Shown: piece by piece, positions 47,057 to 59,860 of the stretch
Position numbering within the stretch: position 1 is the stretch's first letter
How the letters are laid out: the number at the start of each line of letters is the position of its first letter
Assembly: GCA_031835245.2 (NCBI GenBank)
Contig: JAVKOQ020000079.1
Location: 62,001-126,000 of the forward strand
DNA: 64,000 nucleotides
Reading direction: 5' to 3'
DNA from: Balamuthia mandrillaris
Lineage: Eukaryota
Program-made: the position numbers and the translations under genes
The notes under the pieces: model-generated
Told to the model about the DNA's origin: nothing
The model's database searches: none
What the model saw: only the letters and a program-made list of their open reading frames with translations

Positions 47057-48939
47057 TACCTTGAGGTTTATTGCCATAGCGGCATGAACAGCGGAGATGG
47101 CGTGATACTCCAAAGTGGAGAAGGAAAGCCCAAACACGGCGATAAGGACGGCTCCTTTATCGTCCACAATGAACTGACGAAGGTTGCCCTTGTAATGGTA
47201 TATTATGTCCAAAGTAGATGCCAACGAGTCCTGTAAAACGGGAAAGCAACTATCGCTAGTACAATTGACTAAAGAGAATGGGGAAGAGGGTGAGAAAAAG
47301 GAAAGATAGACACTGGAAAAAGAACAAGAACAAGAACAAGAACAAGAAGAACAAGGAAAGGAGAGGGAAAAGAAGGAGATGGAAGAAGCAAGAAAACGTA
47401 CTTCCGCAAAGAGAAATGAACAAGATTGTTGATTGTCGCACATCAGCCATGAAGGCTGCGTTAAGCCCGAGTTCCAGGCTCTTACGGATAACGCCAGGAG
47501 TGTACCCCAAAAGTGCTTCTTTCACTGCTATCAAACGCTCTTTCTGCACCAACTCATCTTTGATCTTTTCTCGTTCCAATCTAATTGCCTCCTTAAGCGC
47601 CTTATCTTCATCTTGTTCTGCCTCTTCGTTCTCTACGTTCTTACTCCTTTTCTCATCCACTCGAACGTTTCCAGAAGGCAACAGACGGGTTCCAACATAT
47701 TCTCCTGCCTCTTCTCCATCCCTTTGAAGAACATCCCAAACATACGGACTAACCACGACTGTTCCTGTTATAGCATCATGCTCCACCTCTGCCACTTGGA
47801 CCAACGCCTCTCCGCTCAACAGGAACTCCCATCGTGAGCCTTTGCCGAGGTGCATGGCAAAGAAAGGGCCAGCAGTGACCGCCACCTTCACACGAAGCAG
47901 CACCAAGTTGAGCAGCTCCACTATTTCGGCTTCGGGCGTGACGCCAGCACTGCTGCTCTCAGAGGAGCCAAAGTTATAGGAATGTTGTGCTTGCCAGTCC
48001 CATCTCCATTCCATTCTTTGTCGGTGTGTTTAGTGTGAAAGCTCAAAAGTGAGAATGTAATGTAAAGGAGGAATTGAGGAAGAATGAAAGAAATGAAGGA
48101 GAAGAAGAAGAAGAAGGAAAAGGAGAAGGAGAAGAAGAAGAGGAAGAACACAAGCACAAGATTAAGAAGGAAAGAAGGACAAGAATATACAAACTTGGAG
48201 GCAGCAAGCGAAAAGTCAACAGCTAACCGAACTGCTTTGTCTTCATCCAACAAAACAGAAGAGTCATGTGAATCCTCTGCTTTGTCAGTTTCTTTTGTTT
48301 CAACAGAGGAATGTATGGGAGGACAACACTCCCAAAAGACCAGAAGCGCGTCTCCTGCAAACTTGATGACATCGCCGCCACAGTCCTCCACCAGGTTCAA
48401 CAGAGCGGTGAAAAAGTCGGTCAGCACCAACCACATCAGCTCTCCTCCTTGCTGTTTGTTCGTGCATCAGCAAAGCGGAACAGGACAAAAGCAAATAACA
48501 TGGCACAAGCGAACGAAGCAACGAAACAAACAACCAAAGCGAGAAGAAAGAACAGAGCAAAGAGTTACAGCAGCATTGGAGCGACAAAGGGCTTCAGTGA
48601 GTGGTGTAAAACCGGAAATGTCCACAAAGGCAAGCACACCCCAGACCTGCTCTCTCGTTGCCGTCCGTTCCTTTTGCTCTTTTCTTTTGAAGTCCCTCGT
48701 TAACTCCACAACACGAAAAGAGAGAAGCTTTTACAGAAGAAGAAGAGAGGGAAAAAGAAATACTTGGCTTGCAGAAGAGACTCCAAGATGTAACGCTTGA
48801 CCATCCAGGGACAATAAGACATCAACATGGACACCTCCTCCTTGTCCCGCTCTTCCGAGTCCACTCGCAGCCATGCCTGCTTGTATATGTTGGACGAGGA
48901 GGAGGAGGAGAAGGAGGTAAAAGTGCTTTGCTCCGTCAT
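42493..48939 (-). CDS. Soluble adenylyl cyclase (ADCY10)-like: two class III cyclase domains, P-loop NTPase, TPR-like helical region (multi-exon)
   Basis: FVDISGFTPLTE, GGDVIKFAGDALL, RQFIVDDKG, IGVTTGRAFCG..G...RCEY.IVGDCVNLSARLM, Walker A GESGMGKT, IENCHWMDSSSW, GNPL. Confidence 0.9.
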
Positions 48940-49148
48940 TCTTTGGTTTTATTTTTTTTTTTGTTCTTTTTCTTTTCGTTTCTGTCAATTTGCCTTCTGA
49001 ACCACAAATAAAATTAGCGTAAATTGATCCAATGGGAATTATTCGGAACATTTATATGAATAATGATTGGAAGTTATTCTCCGAAAAAGATCCGAAATTA
49101 CCTTATTCCGATAATCCCGGGAAGTTGTCCTTTAAAAAAGAACGAAGA

Positions 49149-49961
49149 ATGAGCTTCGAAGCAAGAAGAAGAAGAAGCGACCCCAAAGAAAGGGTTTATC
49201 AAATCGCGGTGGTCGGCGATGGCGGCGTTGGAAAGAGCTCTCTGACCGTTCGTTTTGTGGAAAACATTTTTGTTCAGAAATATGGTTTGTTTCTCTTTTA
49301 AAAAAAAATTATTTCACCTAACAAAAAAAGTGGTTTGTCCAAAACAACAGATCCGACCATCGAAGATACCTACCAGACGCAAATCGCTCTGAACGACACC
49401 AGCTACGTTGTGGACATCCTCGACACGGCCAGCAGCTCGGACTACCTCGGCCTGTGGAAGGGCTACGTCCATCGGACGGACGGCTTTCTCATCGTCTACT
49501 CCATCAGCAGCCGGTCCTCCTTTGACGGCGCCGACGAAACCTATCGGATGATTCGCGAGGAAGAAAGAAAGAAGGCACCTTCTTCTGGTGTTGCCAGACG
49601 GAGGCCATGGGTGCTTTGTGGCAACAAAAACGATTTGGAGAAAGAGAGAATGGTGGCTGTTGCGGAAGGGCTCAGCCTGACAAAACGTTGGAGAAAAGAA
49701 GAGAATGAAGGGAAAGAAGAAAAATCAGAGCAAGGAGGAGGAGAAGGACAACAAGGACAAGAACAAGAAGAAGCAGAACAACAAGGAGAAAGAGAAGACA
49801 AAGAAGATGAAAAAGAACAGGAGATGCCTTTGTTTTTGGAATGCAGTGCGGTGAGCGGAGAGAACGTGGAGCAAGCGTTTCGGGCGGTGCTTCTGAGAAT
49901 ACTTGCTGCTGCTCCTTCTCTTGAGAGGAAGCAGAAGGAAAGGGAATGTGTTCTTGCGTAA
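49149..49961 (+). CDS. Ras-family small GTPase (2 exons)
   Basis: [33 protein letters not shown], CaaX CVLA*. Confidence 0.92.
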
Positions 49962-50036
49962 CGTCATGAAAGAAAAGAAACGACTGAAGAAAGGCAGAAA
50001 CATTAACGAGAAAGAGAAGAGAAGAAAGTGTGTATT

Positions 50037-51123
50037 TTAATGCGGAGAAGAAGACGATTCATGTCTGGCATACGAGTTTTTGGGAGGATTCCACCGACGA
50101 CCCATCATAATGTAATCGATGCCAACTGAAAACAAAGACGTGCCTACCACACTCAACGCTAATCCTGCTACGCCCGCTGGATAGAGAAAAGTGAGTAAAA
50201 GGTAGAAAGAAAGCACGAGAACGGAGAAACGGAGAAAGAAAGAAAACAACAACACAGGAAGAAGAATGGAAGAGAGGAGAAGACAAAAGCTTGAAGGAAG
50301 ACAGGAAAGGAAATTACATCGAGCGCCAAAGACAGTGCCAGCGCATGCTCCGGCAAGCAATGAGTTTTTGAGATCGGTTTGTCCTCTCCACTGTTTGATG
50401 TTGCACACAATAACAGCGGTTTTAAAAAGAGACAAAGCCAAAAGAAAAAAGAGACGAATAACAGCAAAGACAGAGAAACCAGAAACCAGAAACGAGAGAG
50501 AGGAAAAAAGAAAAGAGAAAGAGAAAGAAAAAAAGAGAGAGCAACGACAAAAGAGAAAGTAAAGGAGAAAGAACAACAACGAACCTTTTCAATGATACAT
50601 TCAAAAGTAACAAACACTCCACCAAAGACAGCAAAGCCTTTGGCCATCGAAGTGGCCGAACGGTACATGCTGCGGGCCACGTCCTTGACCTGCCCCTTAA
50701 AGTCCGGCTTCAAGGGTTGTCCCTGGTCCGTTATGCCAGAGAAGAACAGCCCAAACATGACTCCCATCGCACCACCTTTTTTTTTTAAATAAAAATAAAA
50801 TAAAAATTTCAAGAAAAAAGTAGCGATCGAAAAGAGAGAGAAAGAGAGAACGGAAAAGAAATAAAACCTGCAACAACAGCACCGGTGCCGCGCACCGCGC
50901 AGTGGTCAGGGAAGTCGGGGTGCATCAGGATGCGCTTGACGGGAGGGCCGTAGGTCATGTCCAAGCGGTGAAGGAAGCCCATGATCGAGTTATCGTTGTT
51001 GTTTTCACCATCATCGAGGTGGTTGTTGTTGTGCAGCGCAGGGGGGCTGGCTCCCTCCTCCGAAGGAATGCTGAGGTCGGGTATGGCTGGCCCCGCTGCG
51101 CCCTGCCGGTTCGTGTCGTTCAT
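50037..51123 (-). CDS. TIM22: Tim17/Tim22/Tim23 family protein, most like Tim22 (multi-exon)
   Basis: C......VVAG|GAMGVMFGLF, AKGFAVFGGVFVTFECIIEK|WRGQTD.KNS..AGACAG. Confidence 0.8.
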
Positions 51124-51223
51124 TTTACTTTCTTTTGTTTTCTTTTCACCAATCAGGACGACATGATAAATTCGCTCCTGCTCAAATTCTGCAGCAATTT
51201 TGCAACTTTTTTACTTTTTTTTT

Positions 51224-51512
51224 GTCGAGCTGGGGTGGTGGCAGGATGCAACAAAGCCGCAAGGCGGTACCCCACTCGATTCCTCTCGGGTCCAGCCCAG
51301 CTAAGATATTTGTCGACGTGGTTGTGGTTTCGTTCGCTTGTTGGGCTGGCGTCGCCAGGCGAGTAGGAGGAAGTAAACTCCAGGTTACTGCCAACCACTA
51401 CACTCGGTTTGCGGGCGAACACTCTGCGAAGAGGGCAGCAAACTAGAGGTTGGACAATGTCTGGGCCTGGTGGAAGTACAACCAAGCATCCGGGACGTCA
51501 CGATTTCAAATC
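51224..51512 (+). ncRNA. Candidate structured non-coding RNA of unknown class
   Basis: Intergenic, GC-richer than its flanks, with several local and long-range helices, two GNRA-capped hairpins and a T15 run immediately downstream. Confidence 0.45.
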
Positions 51513-51993
51513 TTTTTTTTTTTTTTTGTTTGCTTGGAATGGACACCCCAAAGTTGGAGAAGGAACTTGTCTCACTGACTCCAACCTGGGAGGTCAAAGC
51601 AAAGCCATTTTTGCGGCTCTTCGTTTATTTTAACTATTTCATTTTTTAAATTGCTCGTCACAGACGGGAGAGCGAAACAGGTTTGTTTCATCTTTTTCTT
51701 CAGCTTTTTCACAATGAGTTTTATGCCAACTTCATTATCACTCGCAAGTAATACTATTTGGGGTGAATGCCCCGACGTGGTAATCAAAACCCTAACGGTC
51801 CAACTACTCCAGCAGTGGATTGGTTTTCGGCAGATAAAGATCTTTATCGGTTGCCCTAGGGCAAACGCACTTTTAGCATCATTCATTTCATCAAGGCTAC
51901 AAATGAACTGGTTTACTTGGTCGAATTCTAACCGGTGGGTGAACTCCTTCACATCCACCGTTACCACGAGAGGAACAAAGAGAGCAAAGCAGC

Positions 51994-53299
51994 ATGAAGC
52001 TATTCTTGTTCTTTTGGCTGTTCCACAGTGCGCCGCTTTTGATGGGAGGCGGTATGACAGAGGCGGGACAGGGCCTCACCTTGGTGCCCTTCTCCCCCGT
52101 GCCTCCCCCTGGTTTCTGGTTCACCGCCAACTTCAAACCCTCATCCAACGAAGGATGGCTCATTGGCCAAGAGGTTGCTACCCCCCACGTTGTTGACTTG
52201 AGTACGTTCCTGCTTTGTTCGATGCCATTCCCCAAAACTCACCTGCAACACAAAAGATACCATGGCGGTAAGAACAGTTAACGCGACTGGAGAATTTCCA
52301 ACTTTTACTATCAATATGGGAGCTGGACAGTCCATCTTAGGGGACCTCATCTACAACGTGAATGGTCTAAACTTCCCAAACGCCAACACAAACAATCTCC
52401 ACGTTTTTGGTATTGTCTGTTTTGCTCTTTTAAACACTCATTCACCTCAACTAACACAATATGAAAAGACACCAACACGTATGAATGGACCCAACTGCCG
52501 GACGCACCAACCGACCTCACAAGAAGCGGTACAACGCTCATTACTGCCAATGGCAAGCTTTATGTGTTTGGGGGCTACGGCCCCAACCACCGAAGCGACC
52601 TGTATGAATACGACCCATGTTGGTTTCTTCCTTAGCTTTCATGTTATCCTTTTGAGTTTCTCTAAAAATAACACTCAAAGATATAAAATAGCAACCCAGG
52701 CATGGACTTTCCGAGGAGACTCTGCCGGAGTGGGAACTGCGTTTGCCTCTGGCACTAAGCTTGGTGACTTTCTCTTCTTCTACGGGGGAGAAACTACCAA
52801 TTCGGAAAAAATAAACCATGTCCTTCGCTTTAGCCTCAACACGAGTCAATGGGATACCGTCCAGCCCACCGGCCCATCGTTGTTTGAGGTCATCTTTCAC
52901 AAGATGTTTGCGGATGAGGAGAGAAAGTGCGTTTGGACGGTTTCTGGTTTCACTGAGGGCGTTCCACAGGATGTTGCCCACAGACTGTGTTTCGAGACGG
53001 AGGATGATTTAAGCCCTCGCGTGGAGGAGTTTCATTACGACTCAGATACGTTGACTGCACTCTTTGTTCATTCCGAGAGACGACGGGTCTATGTCGCAAG
53101 TGCGTTCTATCCACATCTTTCATTCAAACACCCTCCCTAACGTTGCAGTGGAATAAAATAGCTGCCGAGGAATTTGGAGAACTTCGGTTGGTTTGCAACT
53201 ATCCTTCTGGATGTCCTGTTATCACAACCCCGCTTACCTGTCCTCCTTCCCAACCCTATCGGTACACTTCTATTCTATTCTTGCTCCCCTTTTCTCTCT

Positions 53300-53346
<47 letters not shown>

Positions 53347-55769
53347 TTTTTTTAGTTTTGATTATTTCATGTTTTGAACAGATGCTCGTCAGAGTTTTGC
53401 ACGGAAGACCCAAACCATTGTGATACTCTTACAACGTCAGCACCCAACCGGGTGCTATGTTTTAACGGGGAAGGCGGTTCGTCTTGCTCTGATTGTATGG
53501 ACAAAACGACAGCCCCTTGTCCTTCTTCCAAGTTAACGTGTTGCGATGGCTCTTGCAAAGATAATTGGAATGAATGTCCTTCCACCACCTGTTCCTGGCG
53601 ATATCCTGTTAGGTGTGTCCTTCGTCTATCAGATGATATTTTAGCAGTGTTTTGTTGACTGTTTTTCAACCAGATGCTGGGACGGCACGTGTGCAGCTTC
53701 GCTGTCAGCCTGTGGGACGACCGTTTCTTGCACCGAAGGAAAAGTGATGTGTTCCGATGGAGTTTGTAGAAGCAACTGCGATTCATTCCAAGGATTAACT
53801 CTCTGTCCGCCAGGCACACAAATGTGTTGGAACTTGAAATGTTCTCCAGTTTGTACCTCATCTTTTGCTTCATCGTTGTGTTCAATACTTAACTATTCGT
53901 GTTTGTTAAGAATTGTGGGAAGCCACCCGCATGTGGTTCTGGAAAGGTATTATGTTGGGATGCCAGCTGTGCTTCGGGCTTGTCACGCTGCCCTCCTCCT
54001 TTAATCACCATTAAGACCGCTCCTATCTCTGGCCACCTCCATCATAGCGAGGATTTTATGGTGCTTCTCTTATTTCTTGTCTCCTTTTTTAATGTTCTCT
54101 CACATTCTTCTCATCCTTGGCGAACGGTTGCCGTTTTTTGCTCATTGCAGATATTACCTCTCAAGGATTGGAATGGCGCCCGTACCTTTGGCCAAGTAAC
54201 AGTTGATACAGCGGCGCTGTCCGCCAACACAACCGTCAACGTAGGGCCAGTATCTTTTATACCTATTCGACCGGAAAACCCTTTTATCCACGAGGGAGCA
54301 TCGTGTCGGGTCGTCGGTCCTTGCTTTCATTTCTTCGCCACGGAAGAGTTAAATCTTCCACCTGGCCAGTCGGTTGCATCCATCACCTTGGAGTTTTTGT
54401 TCTCCCAGCAAACGGTAAAGGCTTTTGCTGTTCTTTTAAAAACCGTGCTGATTTTTTTTTAAAGTTTGCGAACATGCTTCAACTTGCAGTACTTGAGGAA
54501 AGTGGATCCTGGCACCTCTTGACCACCAGCAACACTGTCACACCACAAACCACCTCATTATTCTCCGTTCAGCTCTCCGCGCAAACGAACTCCTTCGGTT
54601 CCATCTGCGCCATCTCGTCTTTCTTTTGTGGAGATGCTATTGTGAACGAAGGAGAAGGTTGTGACAGAGGGGCACCTCTCAACTCCGATTCTTCTCCGCT
54701 GCAATGCAGAAGCGATTGTACCAAATGCGGAGATGGGATTGTGGACTCTGAACTTCATGGAGAGCTTTGCGATGACGGCATCGTTGGCGGATTGTGCTTG
54801 AAATGGCAATGTACTTGCCCTTCTTCTTGCCCATCTTCCGCACTGACCATAATGGCCATCCTCCAAAGATGTGACTGTTATTGTCCAGCGGGCAAAGTCA
54901 GAGACGGCAGCGAATGCAGAGCGCCAACAAAACCACCGACAAATCCTTCCACAGAGGATTGTGATTCCGGAGCTATAACGAGTTGTGTGGGAGAAGTGTT
55001 GGTGGTTCTTCCTCCTCCTTCTCCAAGCGATGAAGGAGTAAGCAGCAACGTGACAGTGTTCGACAAGCGGACATTGGATGATGTACTGGTGGTGGAAGTG
55101 AAAGACCAGAAGCAGGCTGTCTGGTTGCAGATCAAGCCTGTGAAGGAAGAGGATCGCCCCAACGTCCCTGAAGACACGGAAGTCATCGCGGAAGTAGTTC
55201 AACTGCAACTTCTTTTCGGTAACATCGAAGACGAAGAGGACAGCAGCAGTTCGACTGAAGAAGGGGATGAAGATGGTGTAGAAGAAGAAGAAGAAGCAAG
55301 GCAGGTGATAGCGTTGAAATTTCGTTTGGGTTCAAGCAAGGACTTTCAAGGTGTGCTCCGACACAACCAGATGGCTTTTCTTGGCTTCAGCTTTCCTTCT
55401 TCTGCATCTCTTCCTCGTGATCGAACAAGACAAGCCAGCAACCAGGAGTTTTGGCAATTCCACTCGTCTGCTATGGCTCTGACCACAAGTAATGATGACA
55501 TCCTTTACGCCTCCGCCGAAGTTGATAAGACCAACAATGAGGACGAACATGGTGGCACGCTGTACACAGTTATTTTGGGTTATTCGGCAGAAGGAGATGA
55601 TGAAGATTCACCGTTGGCCATCATCATCGGAGTCTCCATTGGAACAGCGGGTTTGATTGTTGTGCTTGTGAGCGTGGCTGGGGGATTCTACGCCTCTCAC
55701 AAGAGGAAGAGGGAAAGAAAGAGGGTGGCCAAGAAGTTGAAGGGAGAAGGGGTTGAGGATTCCCTTTAG
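51994..55769 (+). CDS. Single-pass cell-surface protein with Kelch-like repeats and cysteine-rich repeats (multi-exon)
   Basis: Hydrophobic N-terminus MKLFLFFWLF; Kelch-like LYVFGGYG, LFFYGG; C.DG.C and CGD.IV..GE.CD.G repeats; TM IIIGVSIGTAGLIVVLVSVAGGFY followed by a basic stop-transfer segment. Confidence 0.72.
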
Positions 55770-56336
55770 ATGTCGTTTCGTAAGATGCTAGCGTATTATA
55801 ACGCCAAACTCTACTTTGTTCTTTCTTCCTTTCAATTGTGTTGTTGCGGAACTGCTACATGGTCTGAAGTTGTTGAAGGAACTTTAGTTTCCTTTCAATT
55901 GTGGTTAGATAATATACAATTGTGGTGAGGTGGAAACAGCCTACCGTCTTACGAGAACATTCTCAAGCGCTTTCAGCTTGGCCTCTTTTCGCAACTGATA
56001 ACTGCTTTCTTCTGGCGTTACTCTCACCGAGAAGTGCCCCTTCAGAAAATTCTTAGAACAAGAACAAGAACAAGAACAAGAAGAACAAGAAGAGGAACGA
56101 GAAGAACAAGACGAAGAAAGATAGAAGCAGATGCAAACCTCTGGTTCGAGGCGGGAGAGGGAACGAAGGAAGCTACTTATTGTGCAAAAGAAAATAACAA
56201 AGAAGAGCATAACCAGGAGAAGGGAGAAGGTAACTCTAAGAAGTAACCTAGAAATGGTGAAGAGTGAGAGCAGTAATCGTTGATGCACAGAATTCACACC
56301 GCAAATGTACGTTTTTTGTTTTCTGAGTTATTCTTC

Positions 56337-59130
56337 TTAAGCGCTCTCTCCTTCCTTCCCTTCATCTTCTGTTTTTTCTAGTTTCTCCTTTTCCTTCTTC
56401 AACTGCTGCACCTCAGCTTGAAGCTTCTTGCAAACCTCCTGGAACTCCTTCCTTCTCTCCGTTTCCAGCTCCAGCTTTCTTTCCAGCTCTTCCACCCTTT
56501 GCTTCAGCCCCTCGACGGTGTTCAAGTCCAATGGGAGAAGCAAAGTGGGATTGGAGTCCTTGCGTTCTGGCACGCCTAACGTGTGCTTGATGCCGCTTCC
56601 TTTGTGCTCTTTCTCTTTGTGTTCTTTTTCTTTTTCTTTCTTTTCTTTTTTCTCTGTTGATAAACAAAAACGTTAATGTACATTGAACGAAGAAGAAGAA
56701 GAAGAAGAAGAAGAAGAAGAAGAAGAAGAAGAAGAAGAAGAAGAAGAAGAAGAACAAGAAGAAGAAGAAGAAGAAGAAGAAGAACAAGAAGAAGAAGAAG
56801 AAGAAGAAGAAGAAGAAGAAGAAGAACAAAAGAAGAAGAAGAAGAAGAAGAAGAAGAAGAAGAAGAAGAAGAACAAGAAGAACAAGAAGAAGAAGAAGAA
56901 GAAGAAGAAGAAGAAGAAGAAGAACAAGAACAAGAAGAAGAACAAGAAGAACAAGAAGAAGAAGAAGAAGAACAAGAAGAAGAACAAGAAGAAGAACAAG
57001 AAGAAGAAGAACAAGAAGAAGAAGACGAAGAAGAAGACGAAGAAGACGAAGAAGACGAAGACGAAGAAAAATAAAGCTGATGCAAACCTCTGCTTCGAGG
57101 CGAGAGAGGAAACGAAGGAAGCTTCTTGGCGGAGCTCTGTCGGAAACCTTGGAAGGATATTCTGGAGCCCTTTGACTTCTTTTCAGACTTTTCTTTCTCC
57201 AACAATATTTGAGGAAGATCTATTTCCGTTGAAACACCTTTTTTTTTCAAACAAGTTAAGTTTGTTTCAAGGAGAAAAGAGAAAACATAACGTACTTTCG
57301 GCCAACTTCTTTGAGGTTGTTTCCATGGCTTCCGCCCATTCCAACAACGTCTTCTCGTCCACGAATGAGAGTTTGTAAATGCCCTTATGGTTTGATGTTT
57401 GCGAGATCAAATGCAAGCAGTAAGGAAACTTTTCTTTCTCTTTCTCCTTTTGGTGAGCCATCTTTTCTTTCTCCTTGTTCACCGCTGCATCTTTCTCGCT
57501 GTCCTTCTCGCGTTTTTCTTCCCTCGGTGTACTCTGCTCTTCGCTTTGGTTGTTGGAAGAGTAAATGATTTCGTTCAGCTTCAAAACGAGCTGTAAGTCC
57601 ATCTCGACTATGCCGTCCTTGTTTTGCTTCTTCTTGATGAGAGCGATGATGTCGTTGAAGAGAATGACGTAGCCCTTCTTGGTTGGTTTGATGTTGGGTC
57701 CTCCTATCTTGGCTTCTCCTTCTTTGACAACGAATCTATCTGACTTGAGAAAATCATATTTCTGGGAGAGAAAACAGAAAGCATTACAAACCAGATATAA
57801 GCAAAGAGAAAAACGCGAAGAGAAAAGGCGAATAAAGACAAATAAGAGAGGAAAGAGACCTCTTTCTCATTGACCATGGAGTACTGGATTTCAAGAAGAC
57901 GTTTGGCTTGTTCTTCTTTCTTGAGGCGTCCGTTGACCTCGTTGACCACAGCGCTGACGCACTCGAATGCCTCTTTGATAGCTGCATATTCATTATGGTC
58001 TTCTGCCGTGTTTTTCAAAAGTTCCTGCAACAAATAAATGATAAGAGCTCTAGAGAATGAGAAGAGAAGAGAGAGAAACAAGAGAGTACCCTAAGAAGGA
58101 GTGGATATTTGCACATCCTCTGGAGTGGCATAATCAGAAATGCATCCAAAGGAAGATTACGGCATTCTGGGTCCACCAGACATTCCTGTTGGTCGCCCAA
58201 CAAAAACACAAGGAGAAGAGCTATCAACATGTGCACATGAAAGACAAAAAGAGCCCGAGTCAACAAATACCTCCAAAAACTGAGCAAACTCGGCAGAGCG
58301 GTTCTTAAAGTTTTGAACCTTTTCTTGCGTGGTGCCATGGTTGCTGCAGTAAATAGCGTAGAGCTTGAACAAGTTGACATTCTCGATGAAAATGGTGGCG
58401 ATGCCTGCATCCACAAATGGTTTACTCTTTGCAACAAGTTCATCAAATTGCTAAAAGACAGACGGAATAAACCAAAAGAAGGATCAGGTAAACGGAAGTG
58501 TTGAGGAGGAAGAAGAACAAGAACAAACCGCCATCAGTTGAATATGTATTTCGTAGATCTTGTGAATGTTGGAGAAGACAGACCGAATCTCATTTTCAGT
58601 GAGAAGCGCTCGGTCTCTCAACTCGTTGATGAAGACATGTTGAATCAGCGCCAAATCTCTGACGTAAGACCTCTCCGTGTTGATCATTTCTGTGATCACT
58701 TTTTGTCTTTGTCGTTGCTTGCCGTCCATAGCTGCTGTTAGCGCTTCATCCAGCTGCAACTGCTTCAAAGAGGATTTGAGAGCATTTTGAATATTCTTAA
58801 GTTTTGCTTGCTTCTCTTGTTCTTTCTCCTATTGTTCGTTTGCGTTGAAAAACTGTGTTAGCGGAAGCTAAGAACAAGAAGGAAAGCGAAAATACCTTTG
58901 AGCTTCGTCTTTGGCGAAGGGAGAGCAGCAGATGAACCTCACCAGAGACATTGTCATCCTGGAATCGTTGCTGAAGTGGGAACCATTCATCGATGCCTTC
59001 TCCCGTGTTGAAAGTCTTCAATGGGATACGAACTTCTCCCAAAAAGTCTTTTTAACATCAAACAAACAACTTTAGAATGAGCGTATAGCAACAAAACAAA
59101 ATGGATGAAGAGAGAGAAAGAAAGTGAGAG

Positions 59131-59179
<49 letters not shown>

Positions 59180-59860
59180 AAATAATGTACCTGGGTTTGT
59201 CATCCGATTCCAATCCCAAACTTCAACAAGCAGTTCTTTCATTTGAACGGAAGAAGGCTTTGACTTACTGTTTCCCAAACAGTCGAAAGACAAGGAATTA
59301 AAAGAAGAGAAAAGAGAGAAGAGAAGAGAAAAGAATAGAAAAGAGAAAGAGAACGAGAACGAGAAAGAGAAAGAGAATGAGAACGAGAAAGAAAGAAACG
59401 ACAAGAAAGAAGGAAAGAAAGAAACGACAAGAAAGAAGGAAGGAAAGAAAGAAAGAAACGTACAATTGGAAGGTAAAATGCTCCTCCCACCACTTTGGGT
59501 TAAGAGTCTTGTACTCAGCTTTGGTTTTGAAGACATTGTCTCGCTTGGGATAGTTGTTCATAAAGTTATTCTTCTTGCTCTTCGAGTTGCCGAGAAGACT
59601 GCCGTACTCGCCTTCGCCCAACAGCGCGACCACGCAGTAAGGATCGCTAAAGCCATTACTGTCAGCAGCTGCCAGCTTGCGTGCTGCCACAACTGCAACA
59701 CGTCACAGACAAAACAAAACCAACAACAACAGAATGAGAGAGAAAAGAAAGCCACAACGACAACAACAACAACAGAAAAAAGGATTAGTTTCATGCACAT
59801 TAACATGAAAGGCTTTGATTGCTTGCAACCTTTGCCGGTAATCTTAAAATCTTCAGCCAT
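56337..59860 (-). CDS. C2 - RhoGEF (DH) - PH - coiled-coil protein (multi-exon)
   Basis: C2 AARKLAAADSNGFSDPY, KTLNPKW, VEVWDWN, FLGEVRIPL; DH RQKVITEMINTERSYVRDL, FLIMPLQRMCKYPLLLRELLKNT; PH-like YVILFNDIIAL...LLEWAEAM. Confidence 0.9.
56687..57068. repeat. ~380-bp compound (GAA)n/(GAACAA)/(GAC) microsatellite in an intron
   Basis: Directly visible; longest simple repeat in the window. Confidence 0.95.

Noticed and set aside
51302..51316. TAAGATATTTGTC resembling the group I intron S element
   Set aside because: No matching P, Q and R elements in the required order, and no interrupted host gene.
51788..51796. AACCCTAAC, a TTAGGG telomerase-template-like 9-mer
   Set aside because: A given 9-mer is expected roughly once by chance on two strands of 64 kb; it is separated from the ncRNA candidate by a T15 run, and no convincing telomerase pseudoknot follows.
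56413..57378. Long poly-E, poly-K, poly-F, poly-S and poly-R ORFs
   Set aside because: Artefacts of the intronic (GAA)n microsatellite; the same applies to the many SLSLSL and ERERER ORFs.
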